64,000 nucleotides of DNA. Origin: Aestuariibacter sp. (GTDB taxonomy: Bacteria > Pseudomonadota > Gammaproteobacteria > Enterobacterales > Alteromonadaceae). The notes under the pieces are model-generated. The model searched no databases, was not told where the DNA came from, and worked only from the letters and a program-made list of their open reading frames with translations. Where the stretch lies: NCBI GenBank assembly GCA_017794925.1, contig CP051238.1:4120185-4184184 (forward strand). The letters run 5' to 3'. A program made the translations under genes and the position numbers. Below, one piece after another: positions 8,718 to 20,184 of the stretch. Positions within the stretch are counted from its first letter, which is position 1, and each line of letters opens with the position of its first letter.

Positions 8718-10583
8718 ATGACTTTAGATTTAGCGCACTATCCCACGTTGGCCCAAGCCCGTTCTCCGGAAGCACTTCGCAAGTTGCCTCAAGAAAAACT
8801 GCGAACCCTTGCCGATGAACTACGTCAGTACTTACTTACCTGTGTAAGTCAGTCCAGCGGGCACTTCGCATCCGGGCTGGGAACGGTAGAGTTAACCGTC
8901 GCCTTACATTATGTATATAACACGCCTTTTGATCGACTGATCTGGGACGTGGGTCACCAGGCTTACCCGCACAAGATCCTTACCGGCCGTGCCGAACAAA
9001 TGTCGACGATTCGCAAGAAAGAAGGATTACACCCTTTTCCGTGGCCGCCAGAAAGTGATTTTGACACCTTTGCCGTAGGCCATTCTTCGACCTCGATCAG
9101 TGCGGCTTTAGGTATGGCCATCGCTGCTGAGAAAGAAGAACTGGGCCGTAAAGTCGTCGCCGTGATCGGGGATGGCGCCATGACAGCAGGGATGGCATTT
9201 GAAGCGATGAACCATGCTGGTGACATAAGTAAAGATATGGTGGTCGTGCTTAACGACAATGAAATGTCGATTTCGGAGAACGTTGGCGCGCTGAACAGTC
9301 ACCTGGCCCGCTTGTTAACGGGTGACTTGTTTAACAGCATACGCGACGGTGGCAAGAAGTTATTGAGTAATGTTCCGCCTATTAAAGAGTTCGCAAGCCG
9401 CGCGGAAGAGCACATCAAAGGTATGGTGGTTCCCGGCACGATTTTCGAAGAATTAGGCTTCAATTACATTGGCCCTATTGACGGCCATGACATCAATGGT
9501 GTGGTCGACACACTTCGCAATATGCGCAAGTTTAAAGGCCCTCAGTTGCTGCACGTGGTAACGAAAAAAGGCAAAGGCTACCCGGAAGCCGAAAAGGACC
9601 CGATAAAATTCCACGCCGTACCTAAATTTAACCCGGCGGATCAAACACTGCCTAAATCTGCCGCGTCCAAACCGACCTACTCCGCTATTTTCGGAAACTG
9701 GTTGTGTGATATGGCGAAAGCCGATCCCAAGCTGATGGCGATCACGCCAGCAATGCGCGAAGGTTCAGGCATGGTTGCCTTTTCTCAGCAGTTTCCTGAG
9801 CAGTATTTTGATGTAGCGATTGCCGAACAGCACGCAGTCACGTTGGGTGCTGGTATGGCAAAAGAAGGTCTGAACGCCGTTGTGGCAATTTATTCGACCT
9901 TTTTGCAGCGCGCTTACGACCAGTTAATCCACGATGTCGCATTACAGAATTTACCCGTCCTGTTCGCCATTGATCGCGCCGGTATCGTTGGTGCCGATGG
10001 CCCAACACACCAAGGGGCTTTTGATATTGCGTTTTTACGCTGTATTCCCAACATGATTGTCATGACACCGGGTGACGAAAACGAATGCAGACAAATGCTG
10101 TATACCGGCCATATTGCCAATCAGCCCGCAGCGGTTCGCTACCCGCGCGGTGCAGGCAAAGGCATCACGCCAGAGGCAGAGATGACAGCATTACCCATTG
10201 GTAAAAGCCGAACGTTGCGGGAAGGCAAACGTATTGCGCTTCTCAATTTCGGTACCCTGCTACCCTACGTAGAGAAAGCTGCTGAACAACTGGATGCGAC
10301 ACTGATCGATATGCGCTTTGTGAAGCCATTGGATACCGACATTCTCGATACACTTCAGCAAAACCATGACGTGCTGGTCAGTATTGAAGATGGCTGTATC
10401 ATGGGAGGCGCGGGCAGCGCGGTGGCCGAATACCTTCTGCTAAAGCAATACAGCACTAAGTTACTGCAGATTGGTTTACCAGACAGCTTCATCCTGCAGG
10501 GCACACAAGAAGAAATGTATGCCGAACTAGGGCTTGATGATACAGGGATAGTTAAGCAAGTTAGCGCATTTACAAAAGCATAA
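8718..10583 (+). CDS. dxs: 1-deoxy-D-xylulose-5-phosphate synthase
   Basis: [39 protein letters not shown]; xseB-ispA-dxs synteny. Confidence 0.98.
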   Translation: MTLDLAHYPTLAQARSPEALRKLPQEKLRTLADELRQYLLTCVSQSSGHFASGLGTVELTVALHYVYNTPFDRLIWDVGHQAYPHKILTGRAEQMSTIRKKEGLHPFPWPPESDFDTFAVGHSSTSISAALGMAIAAEKEELGRKVVAVIGDGAMTAGMAFEAMNHAGDISKDMVVVLNDNEMSISENVGALNSHLARLLTGDLFNSIRDGGKKLLSNVPPIKEFASRAEEHIKGMVVPGTIFEELGFNYIGPIDGHDINGVVDTLRNMRKFKGPQLLHVVTKKGKGYPEAEKDPIKFHAVPKFNPADQTLPKSAASKPTYSAIFGNWLCDMAKADPKLMAITPAMREGSGMVAFSQQFPEQYFDVAIAEQHAVTLGAGMAKEGLNAVVAIYSTFLQRAYDQLIHDVALQNLPVLFAIDRAGIVGADGPTHQGAFDIAFLRCIPNMIVMTPGDENECRQMLYTGHIANQPAAVRYPRGAGKGITPEAEMTALPIGKSRTLREGKRIALLNFGTLLPYVEKAAEQLDATLIDMRFVKPLDTDILDTLQQNHDVLVSIEDGCIMGGAGSAVAEYLLLKQYSTKLLQIGLPDSFILQGTQEEMYAELGLDDTGIVKQVSAFTKA

Positions 10584-10609
10584 GTAACGTAACTTTCCCG
10601 ATGAAAAGC

Positions 10610-10638
10610 AAGGGTATGTGAACACACATACCCTTTTT
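10610..10638 (+). terminator. Rho-independent terminator of xseB-ispA-dxs
   Basis: AAGGGTATGTG-AACA-CACATACCCTT-TTT. Confidence 0.8.
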
Positions 10639-10733
10639 CGTTTGAACACCCCAAAAGCGTAGATTTTATTTCTACCGATAACTGTGCCTATACTAAGCAA
10701 AACAGGCATTTTGTAATTAGTAGACAAACGAAA

Positions 10734-11621
10734 ATGATAATACGCGCCCTTCTGTTGTCCGTACTCCTTTTTCCCGCAACAAGCCGGGCTGAAAATCCCA
10801 ATCTATGGCAAATCCTGACGTATAGTATTAATCGTAACAACACGCCACTGGACTTTAACCAGTACGACTCTCCAATGTACATCGAGCTCTATCCGGAACT
10901 CTATGTCAACGTTGAGCGCTACGTAAGAGATGACTTTTCCTGGCGGACGAGACTGGAAATGACCAGCCCCAAATCCTTTAACGTGAATATACAGGACTCG
11001 TTTTTAGATGATATTGAAGTCACCAATGATGAGTTAATTGAGCATGTTGGTGAACATGCACTGAATTACTTTAAGAATATTTATTGGAACGCCGACGAGA
11101 AACGCAAGAAACTGGAATACATCATCCCCGACGCGCATAAGGCCAGTTTTAAAGCACTGTATTACGATGAAATAGGCGCTGATATTGTAGTAGTCAGTCA
11201 GCCATATGTCGTTGGCGTGTCAGACCCGGTTAACTATATCCGTGCAACTTCTGACCCTCGGGTGAAAGGACAGAAAAAACGATGGTGGGTATCAAAAGTA
11301 GACTACGGCTCTTTCGTTAAAAAAGGAACATTCCTCGCGTATGACACACAAACAGGTGACATTGTTCGCAACTGTCAGTACAAGGTAGAGATACCGATTG
11401 AAGACAAAAATGTGTTTGCAGAATTTACTCACGCAGGAAACTGGAATTTCGACGAAGTTGCGGCAGTTGGAGAAAAGCCCGCCAGGCACCTTAATAAACC
11501 CAAAGGACCCAAACAAAAGCAATTTACCCAAGCCCATGAAGACTATCTGCGTCGGCTATACGCGCAGGCTTTCTCCGCTTCTTTAGAACAATGCCCGCTT
11601 TTTAAGCACTATCAACGATGA
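10734..11621 (+). CDS. Hypothetical secreted/periplasmic protein
   Basis: 295-aa ORF filling the dxs-pgpA gap; Sec-like signal MIIRALLLSVLLFPATSRA; no family recognised. Confidence 0.75.
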   Translation: MIIRALLLSVLLFPATSRAENPNLWQILTYSINRNNTPLDFNQYDSPMYIELYPELYVNVERYVRDDFSWRTRLEMTSPKSFNVNIQDSFLDDIEVTNDELIEHVGEHALNYFKNIYWNADEKRKKLEYIIPDAHKASFKALYYDEIGADIVVVSQPYVVGVSDPVNYIRATSDPRVKGQKKRWWVSKVDYGSFVKKGTFLAYDTQTGDIVRNCQYKVEIPIEDKNVFAEFTHAGNWNFDEVAAVGEKPARHLNKPKGPKQKQFTQAHEDYLRRLYAQAFSASLEQCPLFKHYQR

Positions 11622-11633
11622 TGCTTACGAACC

Positions 11634-12116
11634 TTAGCTAATCATTAAAAGAATCGCGTGGAGGCTCGCACAGGCCATCAGGCCGGCAATAATATCGTCT
11701 AGCATGATGCCGAGCCCGCCACTGACATATTTGTCTACCGGGCCAATTGGCCAGGGCTTAACAATATCGAAGAAGCGAAACAATAAAAAGCCAGCGACCA
11801 GGGTCCACAGCGTCAGAGGTACCCACATGAACGTAAGCAGAATACCTGCAACCTCATCCCATACAATGGAGCCATGGTCGTGGACCTGCATATCTTCTGC
11901 GGTTTTCCCACACAGATATATCCCCACAATGCTGGCAATAACCGCGACCACCAGAAGTGCATAACCTGGCATAAACAAAAATGGGATAAGAAGTGGCATC
12001 GCCGCGAGTGAACCAAAGGTGCCAGGCATAACAGGAATCAGTCCACTGCCGAACCCCAGCGCTAAAAAATGCACCGGATTTTTTAAAGAAACGCGTTGCC
12101 GAAGCTGTTTATCCAT
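11634..12116 (-). CDS. pgpA: Phosphatidylglycerophosphatase A
   Basis: GFGSGL..MPGTFGS, HDHGSIVWDEVAG, FRFFDIVKPWPI, GIMLDD. Confidence 0.96.
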   Translation of the reverse strand: MDKQLRQRVSLKNPVHFLALGFGSGLIPVMPGTFGSLAAMPLLIPFLFMPGYALLVVAVIASIVGIYLCGKTAEDMQVHDHGSIVWDEVAGILLTFMWVPLTLWTLVAGFLLFRFFDIVKPWPIGPVDKYVSGGLGIMLDDIIAGLMACASLHAILLMIS

Positions 12117-13083
12117 TGTCGAACTGATGTTCGTAGCCGCTGGATGCCGGCAAAGAATAACGCTCGTCGTACAGGCGCAAATCCAGTTGTCCGGCGTGAC
12201 CGGTAACCTGACCTATACAAACTGCTTTTACGTTAGCATTTGCCAGTGATGTTTCCAGGTTTCCTCGTTGCTCTTCATTCACCGTGAAGACCAACTCGTA
12301 GTCGTCACCAGCGGTCAATGCATAGCGATAGGCGGCTTGCGCGCCAACTGACTCAAACAACGCTGCTGAAATCGGCAGTCTGTCGACATGCACAGTAGCA
12401 CCGCAGTTTGACGCGTTCAAAATATGCTTTAAATCGGAGACCAATCCATCTGACACATCAATACACGCATTTGCTGTGCGACGAAGTGCCGTCCCCGCCA
12501 TGACGCGTGGCGTGGGGAAATAATGGCGATTAATCAGATAGTCACGATGACGATTCGGTACAGTGATTTTTTCTTGCAGGATATCCAGACCGGCACCTGC
12601 ATCACCCAACGTACCCGTCGCATAAATCCAGTCACCCGGCTTCGCCCGACTGCGGCGCAACTCATTTTCTGGTGGTATAAACCCCTGAGCGGTGATAGTC
12701 ATCGCCATTGGCCCCGCTACCGTATCGCCACCGATTAACTGAACGGAATAATACTCAGTCAGCTCGTACAACCCACTGGCAAACTCTTCAATCCAGCTCT
12801 CGTCACAATGAGGCAGCGACAACGACAGGCTTATCCATGCAGGCTCTGCCCCCATGGACGCCAAATCACTCAGATTAACCGCTACGGCCTTGTAGGCAAC
12901 AGAGCGGGCTGGCGCGTCAGGGAGGAAGTGTACACCGGCAATCAGCGTATCAGTAGTGACCGCCAGGTGTTGATTATCAGGTACTTTAGCAACAGCACAA
13001 TCGTCGCCAATACCGACCAGTACGTCTTTGCGCGTGTGTCCACCCTGCGCAAAGTATCGTTTTATAAGATCAAATTCTTTCAC
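12109..13083 (-). CDS. thiL: Thiamine-monophosphate kinase
   Basis: MKEFDLI, GIGDDCA, NLSDLASMGAEP, IDVSDGL, GDDYELVFT. Confidence 0.96.
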   Translation of the reverse strand: MKEFDLIKRYFAQGGHTRKDVLVGIGDDCAVAKVPDNQHLAVTTDTLIAGVHFLPDAPARSVAYKAVAVNLSDLASMGAEPAWISLSLSLPHCDESWIEEFASGLYELTEYYSVQLIGGDTVAGPMAMTITAQGFIPPENELRRSRAKPGDWIYATGTLGDAGAGLDILQEKITVPNRHRDYLINRHYFPTPRVMAGTALRRTANACIDVSDGLVSDLKHILNASNCGATVHVDRLPISAALFESVGAQAAYRYALTAGDDYELVFTVNEEQRGNLETSLANANVKAVCIGQVTGHAGQLDLRLYDERYSLPASSGYEHQFDNG

Positions 13084-13143
13084 AATCGTCGATGCAACAT
13101 CTTTAGTGAATCACGATAAAACGCAGCAGGCGGGAAGGCTCCG

Positions 13144-13566
13144 CTAGCCACGCTCGTCAGGGCGCAATGAGCGAACAGCCTTGTCCAGCGCACCATTTAC
13201 GAATTTATGGCTCTCTTCAGCACCAAATGCCTTAGCCAGCTCTATCGCTTCGTTAATAACAACCTTGTATGGGACCTCAACGAGCTGAGTAAGTTCAAAG
13301 GTTGCCAAACGCAATATTGCTTTTTCAATTGGATCGAGTTCTTCGGGAAGACGACCAAGGTACGGACGAATCTTATCATCCAGTTCAGCCGCATGTTTAA
13401 CAACACCACGGAGTAACGATTGGAAAAAGCGCATATCAACTTTCTTCATATCGTTGCTGGTCGCAAGCGCTAGCTCGACCTGCTCTACAGCATTGTTGGT
13501 CATTTGCCAGGAATAGATACCCTGCAGGGCAAGTTCACGGGCACGACGGCGAGGAGATACTTTCAC
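13144..13566 (-). CDS. nusB: Transcription antitermination factor NusB
   Basis: RRRARELALQGIYSW, VVINEAIELAKAFGAEESHKFVNGALD. Confidence 0.97.
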   Translation of the reverse strand: MKVSPRRRARELALQGIYSWQMTNNAVEQVELALATSNDMKKVDMRFFQSLLRGVVKHAAELDDKIRPYLGRLPEELDPIEKAILRLATFELTQLVEVPYKVVINEAIELAKAFGAEESHKFVNGALDKAVRSLRPDERG

Positions 13567-13577
13567 AAATTGCCCCT

Positions 13578-14054
13578 TTACGCCAAACCGTCAAGTGCAG
13601 ACATCACGTTGACCATTTCTAATGCGCCAAGTGCAGCTTCTGAACCTTTGTTTCCGGCTTTCGTACCAGAGCGTTCAATGGCTTGCTCGATTGAGTCAGT
13701 GGTAATTACACCAAATGACACTGGAATACCGAATTCCAGAGATACCTGAGCAAGACCTTTGTTGCATTCACCCGCCACAAAATCGAAGTGAGGTGTACCA
13801 CCACGGATCACTGCACCCAGTGCAATAATCGCATCAAATTTTTTGGATTCAGCAAGCTTCTTAGCAGCAACAGGTAATTCATAAGCACCCGGTACACGCA
13901 CCAGGGTCACATCATCGTCACTCACTTCACCGTGACGTTCAAGTGTATCCAGCGCACCTTCGAGTAAGCTTTCTACAACAAAACTGTTAAAACGTGACAC
14001 AACAATGGCAAATTTTTTACCTGTTGCGCGAATATTACCTTCGATTACCTGCAT
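13578..14054 (-). CDS. ribH: 6,7-dimethyl-8-ribityllumazine synthase
   Basis: [42 protein letters not shown]. Confidence 0.97.
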   Translation of the reverse strand: MQVIEGNIRATGKKFAIVVSRFNSFVVESLLEGALDTLERHGEVSDDDVTLVRVPGAYELPVAAKKLAESKKFDAIIALGAVIRGGTPHFDFVAGECNKGLAQVSLEFGIPVSFGVITTDSIEQAIERSGTKAGNKGSEAALGALEMVNVMSALDGLA

Positions 14055-14126
14055 AGCCTAAATCCCGTAAGTGTCCCGTGTGAAAAACGGCGCGAAGTAT
14101 ACCACAACAGCGCCAAAACCCAATCG

Positions 14127-15227
14127 TTAGTCGTGAATATACTCAACAACTTCCAAACCAAATCCCGACAGGGCGTGATATTTGATTGGCTTGCTCAATA
14201 AACGCATTTTCTGTACGCCCATTGCCGCTAAAATCTGGCTCCCTACCCCCACGGTGCGGGACGATCCTTGCCAATTCTTACCCACGGGTTGTTCACCCCG
14301 GTCTTCGGCGGCGAATCGACGTAGTTGAGACTCTAAATCCTCTTCCTTACCCAGTAAAACAAGTACACCGCCTTCAGACGCAATTTGCTGCATGGCATCC
14401 GGTAATGTCATTGAGCGGGAGATACCGCGGGTAGAACCCAGTAAATCACTCAGCGTATTGTGTAAATGCACGCGCACCAGTGTTGGCGCTTCAGCCCTGA
14501 TTTCACCTCGCTTTAACGCAAAGTGTAGCTGATTATCGATAACATCTTTGAAAGTATGCAGTTCAAAGTCGCCATACTGTGTGGGTAAATTACAGCTCGC
14601 AACCTTCTTAATGGTGGTTTCATTTAGGTTGCGATACTCAATTAAATCAGCAATGGTACCAATTTTAAGATCGTGTTCTTTGGCAAACGCTTCGAGTTGC
14701 GGACGGCGCGCCATGCTTCCATCGTCATTCAGGATTTCAACAATGACCGCTGCAGGTTCACAGCCAGCCAGTCTGGCTAAGTCAACACCCGCCTCTGTAT
14801 GGCCGGCACGGTTCAACACGCCCCCTTCTTTCGCTATCAGCGGGAATATATGCCCTGGCTGAACAATGTCAGTTGCCTTGGCGTCCTGTGCCACTGCCGC
14901 CAGTACCGTTGTTGCCCGATCTGCGGCTGAGATGCCTGTTGTCACACCTTCTGCCGCTTCAATGGAAACCGTGAAGTTGGTAGAAAACTGCGCTTCGTTT
15001 TTATCTACCATCAACGGTAAATTCAAACGCTTACAGCGCTCGGCGGTCATTGGCATACAAACCAGTCCCCGGGCGTGCTTTACCATAAAATTAATTGCTT
15101 CCGGCGTCACATGTTCGGCCGCCATGATCAGATCACCTTCATTCTCGCGATCTTCATCATCCATCAGGATGACCATTTTACCTTGTTTAATATCTTCAAG
15201 GATGTCTGCAGTGGTATTAAGTGCCAT
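14127..15227 (-). CDS. ribB: 3,4-dihydroxy-2-butanone-4-phosphate synthase fused to a degenerate GTP cyclohydrolase II-like domain (RibBX)
   Basis: [25 protein letters not shown]; the C-terminal domain lacks the Zn-binding cysteines. Confidence 0.93.
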   Translation of the reverse strand: MALNTTADILEDIKQGKMVILMDDEDRENEGDLIMAAEHVTPEAINFMVKHARGLVCMPMTAERCKRLNLPLMVDKNEAQFSTNFTVSIEAAEGVTTGISAADRATTVLAAVAQDAKATDIVQPGHIFPLIAKEGGVLNRAGHTEAGVDLARLAGCEPAAVIVEILNDDGSMARRPQLEAFAKEHDLKIGTIADLIEYRNLNETTIKKVASCNLPTQYGDFELHTFKDVIDNQLHFALKRGEIRAEAPTLVRVHLHNTLSDLLGSTRGISRSMTLPDAMQQIASEGGVLVLLGKEEDLESQLRRFAAEDRGEQPVGKNWQGSSRTVGVGSQILAAMGVQKMRLLSKPIKYHALSGFGLEVVEYIHD

Positions 15228-15247
15228 ATTCGTTCTTTTGTGTAGGG

Positions 15248-15913
15248 TTATCTTTTTAAGTAGCCGTTTTCAGCCAAAAATGCCAGGCTGATATCGGACT
15301 GTTTTTGAGGTTCTGCGGCCTTGTCGCCGAGCATCAACCGCTCCAGGTAACGGGCAATCACATCGACCTCAAGGTTAACGCGAGTGCCAACCTGGTAATG
15401 ACGCATTACGGTTTCCTGTAAAGTATGTGGAATAATCCACAACATAAATTCACTGCCGTTGACTTTATTTACCGTCAGACTCACACCGTCAACGGTAATA
15501 CTGCCTTTATGAGCAATATATTTAGCCAGGTCGTCTGGGGCTTTAACCCAGAACTCGATGTAATCACTGTGCGTAATGACCTTAGTGACCGAGCCCACAC
15601 CATCCACATGACCTGACACAATGTGCCCGCCAAATCGGCTGTTAGCTTGCATCGCCTTTTCAAGGTTAACCTGCATGCCAGGTTTGTATTGAGCAAAGCC
15701 AGTGAGGCGAATCGTTTCAGCAGATACATCTGCACTGTAATGATTAGGGCTGTAGTCAACAACGGTTAAACACACGCCATTCGTTGCGATACTGTCACCC
15801 AGTGCGACATCTGTCATATCCAGCTTGCCAGAGGCCACTTTCAGGCGAATAGCATCACCTTTGTCAGCCATAGATTCAATCGTGCCTAGCGCTTCTATAA
15901 TGCCTGTGAACAT
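15248..15913 (-). CDS. ribE: Riboflavin synthase (alpha chain; ribC in E. coli nomenclature)
   Basis: MFTGIIE N-terminus, [38 protein letters not shown]. Confidence 0.97.
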   Translation of the reverse strand: MFTGIIEALGTIESMADKGDAIRLKVASGKLDMTDVALGDSIATNGVCLTVVDYSPNHYSADVSAETIRLTGFAQYKPGMQVNLEKAMQANSRFGGHIVSGHVDGVGSVTKVITHSDYIEFWVKAPDDLAKYIAHKGSITVDGVSLTVNKVNGSEFMLWIIPHTLQETVMRHYQVGTRVNLEVDVIARYLERLMLGDKAAEPQKQSDISLAFLAENGYLKR

Positions 15914-15917
15914 GTGG

Positions 15918-17066
15918 TTATCCTACAGCAGAGTGTGTGTCGGGTGAGACGACCCGGTATGTCATTCGAATGTCTTCAGCTATATGTCTGAGATCGGTCA
16001 TTTTCAAGTGCGGCGCATCATTTATCTGTTGATAATCTGGTAAGGCGAGCATTGAAATACCCTTGTTACCCAGTACTTTGGGAGCCTGATATACAATAAG
16101 TTCGTCGACTAAACCGTCAGCCAGTAATGCACCCGCCAAACCTGCGCCTGCTTCTACCCAGATTTCGTTCAAGCCTCGCCTTCCCAGTCCGTCGAGCAAC
16201 CATGGAAGAGACACTTTGTTAGAACTTGCATCTATTTTCGCCGAAATAACGCTGACATCGCCTGAAAATTGCTGCTCAGATTCGCCTCGGACCACCAGCA
16301 AAACCGGGCTGCCGTCGTTAAACATGGCCAGGTTTGGCGATAATTGATGCTCAGTATCTATGACCACCCGCAATGGCTGGCGACATTCTGAAAGTGGGTA
16401 ATGAGTAAACTGAGCCTGTTCAGGTCTGACTAACAAACTCGGATTGTCGGCTTTCACCGTGCCACTGCCAGTTAGCACAGCGCAGCTCTGCGCACGAAAA
16501 CGCTGCACATCCTGACGCGCAGCCGGGCCAGTTATCCATTGGCTAGCACCGTTAGAAAGTGCAATCTTTCCGTCCAGGCTGCAAGCTAACTTGGCACGAA
16601 TCCAGGGGCGGCCAGTGGTCATACGTTTTATAAAACCTGGATTTAATGCCTCGGCTTGCGAGGTCAGCACACCTTGCGTCACTGATATACCCGCATCCTG
16701 CAAACGCTTAATCCCCCGGCCACTAACCAATGGATTAGGATCAGTCATCGCTACCACCACTCTGGCGACGTTAGCCTTCACTAAAGCCTCAGCGCAGGGT
16801 GGTGTCCGGCCGGTATGACTGCAAGGCTCTAATGTTACATAGGCTGTTGCACCCCGGGCATTGTCTGCCGCATGTCGCAGGGCATGTACTTCGGCATGAG
16901 GGGTACCTGCCTGCAAATGTGCGCCTGCACCAATCAACTGATTGTCTTTAACAATAACGCATCCAACGCGAGGATTGGGGGACGTAGTAAACAAGCCTTG
17001 TTTGGCTTGCCTGATGGCAAGAGCCATCCAATATTCGTCAGTGCTACTAACACATGAAGTGGACAT
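15918..17066 (-). CDS. ribD: Bifunctional riboflavin deaminase/reductase
   Basis: PNPRVGCVIV, HAEVHAL, TLEPCSHTGRTPPC, SLDGKIA, EAGAGLAG. Confidence 0.97.
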   Translation of the reverse strand: MSTSCVSSTDEYWMALAIRQAKQGLFTTSPNPRVGCVIVKDNQLIGAGAHLQAGTPHAEVHALRHAADNARGATAYVTLEPCSHTGRTPPCAEALVKANVARVVVAMTDPNPLVSGRGIKRLQDAGISVTQGVLTSQAEALNPGFIKRMTTGRPWIRAKLACSLDGKIALSNGASQWITGPAARQDVQRFRAQSCAVLTGSGTVKADNPSLLVRPEQAQFTHYPLSECRQPLRVVIDTEHQLSPNLAMFNDGSPVLLVVRGESEQQFSGDVSVISAKIDASSNKVSLPWLLDGLGRRGLNEIWVEAGAGLAGALLADGLVDELIVYQAPKVLGNKGISMLALPDYQQINDAPHLKMTDLRHIAEDIRMTYRVVSPDTHSAVG

Positions 17067-17071
17067 GGGAG

Positions 17072-17521
17072 TTAATCCCCTAGTCTGGCTATCTCTTCAC
17101 CAAACTCTTTGATGTCTTCGAAAGACCGGTATACGGAAGCGAAGCGCACATAGGCTACTTTATCGAGCTCTTTCAAGGCATCCATGATCAGATTGCCCAA
17201 CAGCTCGCTTTCTACTTCCCGTTCACCCGTTGCGCGAAGTGTTGATTTCAACTTTAAAATACACTGCTCAACTTTTTCGGTGCTAACCGGACGTTTTTCC
17301 AACGCGCGCTGCAAGCCAGCTCGAAGCTTGTCTTCGTTGAAAGGTTCGCGGGTACCATCACGCTTTATCACTCGAGGCATGACCAGTTCAGCGCTTTCAA
17401 ATGTCGTGAAACGCTCGTGACAATCTGCACACTCACGGCGACGGCGTACCTGATGCCCCTCTGCGACTAAACGAGAGTCAATGACTTTAGTTTCTTCGGC
17501 AGAACAAAAAGGACAATGCAT
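17072..17521 (-). CDS. nrdR: Transcriptional repressor NrdR
   Basis: MHCPFC...[17 protein letters not shown]; start at 17521 gives 149 aa. Confidence 0.97.
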   Translation of the reverse strand: MHCPFCSAEETKVIDSRLVAEGHQVRRRRECADCHERFTTFESAELVMPRVIKRDGTREPFNEDKLRAGLQRALEKRPVSTEKVEQCILKLKSTLRATGEREVESELLGNLIMDALKELDKVAYVRFASVYRSFEDIKEFGEEIARLGD

Positions 17522-17580
17522 GGTGAACTCCGGGGTGAACAAAGCTGGTGGCGAACACCACCAGCTCGTCTTTCAGTTTG

Positions 17581-18837
17581 TTACGCGTATACCGGGAAGC
17601 GTGAGCACAGCTCAACCACTTCGCTTTGTACACGTTCAACAACACTTTCATCACCCATGTTGTCCAGGATGTCACAGATCCAGCTTGCGACCTGCTGTGC
17701 TTCTTCAACTTTGAATCCGCGGCGGGTAATCGCTGGCGTACCGATACGCAGACCACTGGTAACGAACGGTGAACGCGGATCTTTAGGAACCGAGTTTTTG
17801 TTCACAGTGATGTTTGCACGGCCAAGGGCTGCGTCTGCATCTTTACCTGTGATGTCTTTATCGATTAGATCCAACAGGAACAAGTGGTTGTCAGTGCCGT
17901 TAGACACGATTTTGTAACCGCGGTCCTGCATTACCGACACCATGGCTTTTGCATTGGTCAGTACTTGTTGTTGATACTCTTTAAACGCCGGCTCCAGTGC
18001 TTCTTTAAACGCAACGGCTTTAGCAGCGATTACGTGACAAAGAGGGCCACCCTGGTTGCCCGGGAATACAGAGCTGTTGAATTTTTTGTACAGTGTTTCG
18101 TCGCCACAAGCAGACAAAATCAGACCGCCACGAGGACCTGCCAGTGTTTTGTGCGTAGTCGTGGTAACAACGTGTGCGTGTGGCAGTGGGTTCGGATAGA
18201 TACCCGCCGCAATCAAACCTGCAACGTGTGCCATATCAACCATCAGGTAAGCACCCACTTTGTCCGCAATTTCGCGGAAACGTTGCCAGTCAACAATACC
18301 TGAGTAAGCAGAGAAACCACCGATGATCATTTTTGGCTTGTGCTCAAGCGCTAACGCTTCAACCTGATCATAATCGATTTCACCGGTTTCTTCGTTCAGG
18401 CCGTACTGAACTGCGTTGTACGTTTTACCTGAGAAGTTAACGTGTGCACCATGTGTAAGGTGACCGCCTTCAGATAAACTCATACCTAATACCGTATCAC
18501 CTGCGTCCAGCAATGCCATAAATACAGCAGAGTTAGCTTGTGAACCTGAGTGAGGCTGAACGTTCGCGTACTCAGCACCGAACAGCTGCTTCGCGCGTTC
18601 AATCGCTAAGTCTTCTACGATGTCTACGTATTCACAGCCACCATAGTAACGCTTACCAGGATAACCTTCAGCGTACTTGTTGGTCAGTTGAGAGCCTTGG
18701 GCTTCCATTACTCGTGGGCTACAGTAGTTTTCAGAGGCAATTAGCTCAATATGATGTTCCTGGCGTTGATTTTCTTTATCAATCGCTGCAGCTAATTCCG
18801 GATCAAAATCGGCAATGGTCATTTCGCGCGGTAACAT
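17581..18837 (-). CDS. glyA: Serine hydroxymethyltransferase
   Basis: [41 protein letters not shown]. Confidence 0.98.
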   Translation of the reverse strand: MLPREMTIADFDPELAAAIDKENQRQEHHIELIASENYCSPRVMEAQGSQLTNKYAEGYPGKRYYGGCEYVDIVEDLAIERAKQLFGAEYANVQPHSGSQANSAVFMALLDAGDTVLGMSLSEGGHLTHGAHVNFSGKTYNAVQYGLNEETGEIDYDQVEALALEHKPKMIIGGFSAYSGIVDWQRFREIADKVGAYLMVDMAHVAGLIAAGIYPNPLPHAHVVTTTTHKTLAGPRGGLILSACGDETLYKKFNSSVFPGNQGGPLCHVIAAKAVAFKEALEPAFKEYQQQVLTNAKAMVSVMQDRGYKIVSNGTDNHLFLLDLIDKDITGKDADAALGRANITVNKNSVPKDPRSPFVTSGLRIGTPAITRRGFKVEEAQQVASWICDILDNMGDESVVERVQSEVVELCSRFPVYA

Positions 18838-18978
18838 GGAGGCTCCTTACTGCGTAATTTGGTCGCATATCATTCAGAAGGGCATATTCTAGTCATTTTC
18901 CGACCTATGTATACTGCTTTATGGCCGAATTATGACAAAACCTTCAGTTCAGTCAGGTTGACAGTTGTAAACCTGTGT

Positions 18979-20004
18979 TTATTTCTGTTGTTCCAGCTGT
19001 TTGACTCGATCAAACAACTTGTCTAACTGGCGAGCACGCACGGCGTTCTTACGCCACTCACGGTTGCTCATAGCAGGTTGTCCCGATGAATATACACCCG
19101 GCTCTTTAATGTCGCTGGTTACCATGGTGAAGCCGGTAATTTGTACTCGATCGCAAATGGTTAAATGCCCATTAACGCCGCAGTGCCCCGCAATAATCAC
19201 GTACTTACCAATATGGGTACTACCTGCAATACCTGTTGAACCGCAAATACAGCTGTGGTCGCCAATGATGCAGTTGTGTGCAATTTGTACCTGGTTATCA
19301 ATAATTACGTTTTTGCCAATAATCGTGTCGTCTAATGCACCACGATCAATCGTGCTGGAAGCGCCAATCTGACTGTCATCGCCGATCACTACTGAACCCG
19401 TTTGCGGGATCGGCAACCATGTACCCGCATCGTTGGCATAACCAAATCCATCTGAGCCAATCACCGATTGACTATGAATACGGACGCGCTTGCCAATACG
19501 AACACTGTGATAAACAGTCACATTCGGATGAATAACGGTGCCAGCGCCTATTTTACATCCTTTACTGATAACGGTATTCGCACCAATGACGACGTTATCA
19601 CCTAATTCAACATCATCTTCAATAACACAATGAGGCCCCAGGGCGACGTTGTTTCCTAACGTGGCAGTTTTCGCGACTACAGCTGAGGCATGCTGCCCCA
19701 CTGCAACGCCTGGTGTGGTATCGAATAATTGTGCAATACGAGCAAAAGCAGCATGTGGATTCTTGTGCACCAGAGCAGGTATTGGACAATCTGTCGCATC
19801 ATTTGGATGCAAAATCACAGCACCCGCCTCTGTTTGTTGCAGCTGAGAGCGGTATTTACTGTTGGTTAAAAATGAAATCAATGTATTGGTTGCACCACTC
19901 AACGTGCCTACACCACTCAGCGAAATCTCTCCATTTCCCTGTACATCTCCCCCCACCTGCTCAGCCAGTTCGGCGAGCGTAAACACCTTGGGTTGTTGTT
20001 GCAT
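18979..20004 (-). CDS. lpxD: UDP-3-O-(3-hydroxyacyl)glucosamine N-acyltransferase
   Basis: TLAELA, ISFLTNSKY, hexapeptide repeats, IGSDGFGYA, IDNQVQIAHNC; start MQQQPK at 20004 gives 341 aa. Confidence 0.95.
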   Translation of the reverse strand: MQQQPKVFTLAELAEQVGGDVQGNGEISLSGVGTLSGATNTLISFLTNSKYRSQLQQTEAGAVILHPNDATDCPIPALVHKNPHAAFARIAQLFDTTPGVAVGQHASAVVAKTATLGNNVALGPHCVIEDDVELGDNVVIGANTVISKGCKIGAGTVIHPNVTVYHSVRIGKRVRIHSQSVIGSDGFGYANDAGTWLPIPQTGSVVIGDDSQIGASSTIDRGALDDTIIGKNVIIDNQVQIAHNCIIGDHSCICGSTGIAGSTHIGKYVIIAGHCGVNGHLTICDRVQITGFTMVTSDIKEPGVYSSGQPAMSNREWRKNAVRARQLDKLFDRVKQLEQQK

Positions 20005-20184
20005 GAAACTTCCTTTCTGAATAAGGCTGACTCTCTTTCGCGTAGTGTACAAAAAAAATGGCTTGCTGGCTGCGCTGGCATTCAAAAAAATGCACCACTA
20101 ATCGTGTTTTCAAGCTGACTATCGCTACCAACTCCCTTCGTCTTTGATTACAATAGCGCCTTTGTTATTGAGTCAGGACATCGC

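Noticed and set aside
15228-15247. FMN riboswitch for ribB or the rib operon
   Set aside because: Intergenic gaps are only 4-72 nt and no RFN consensus is visible
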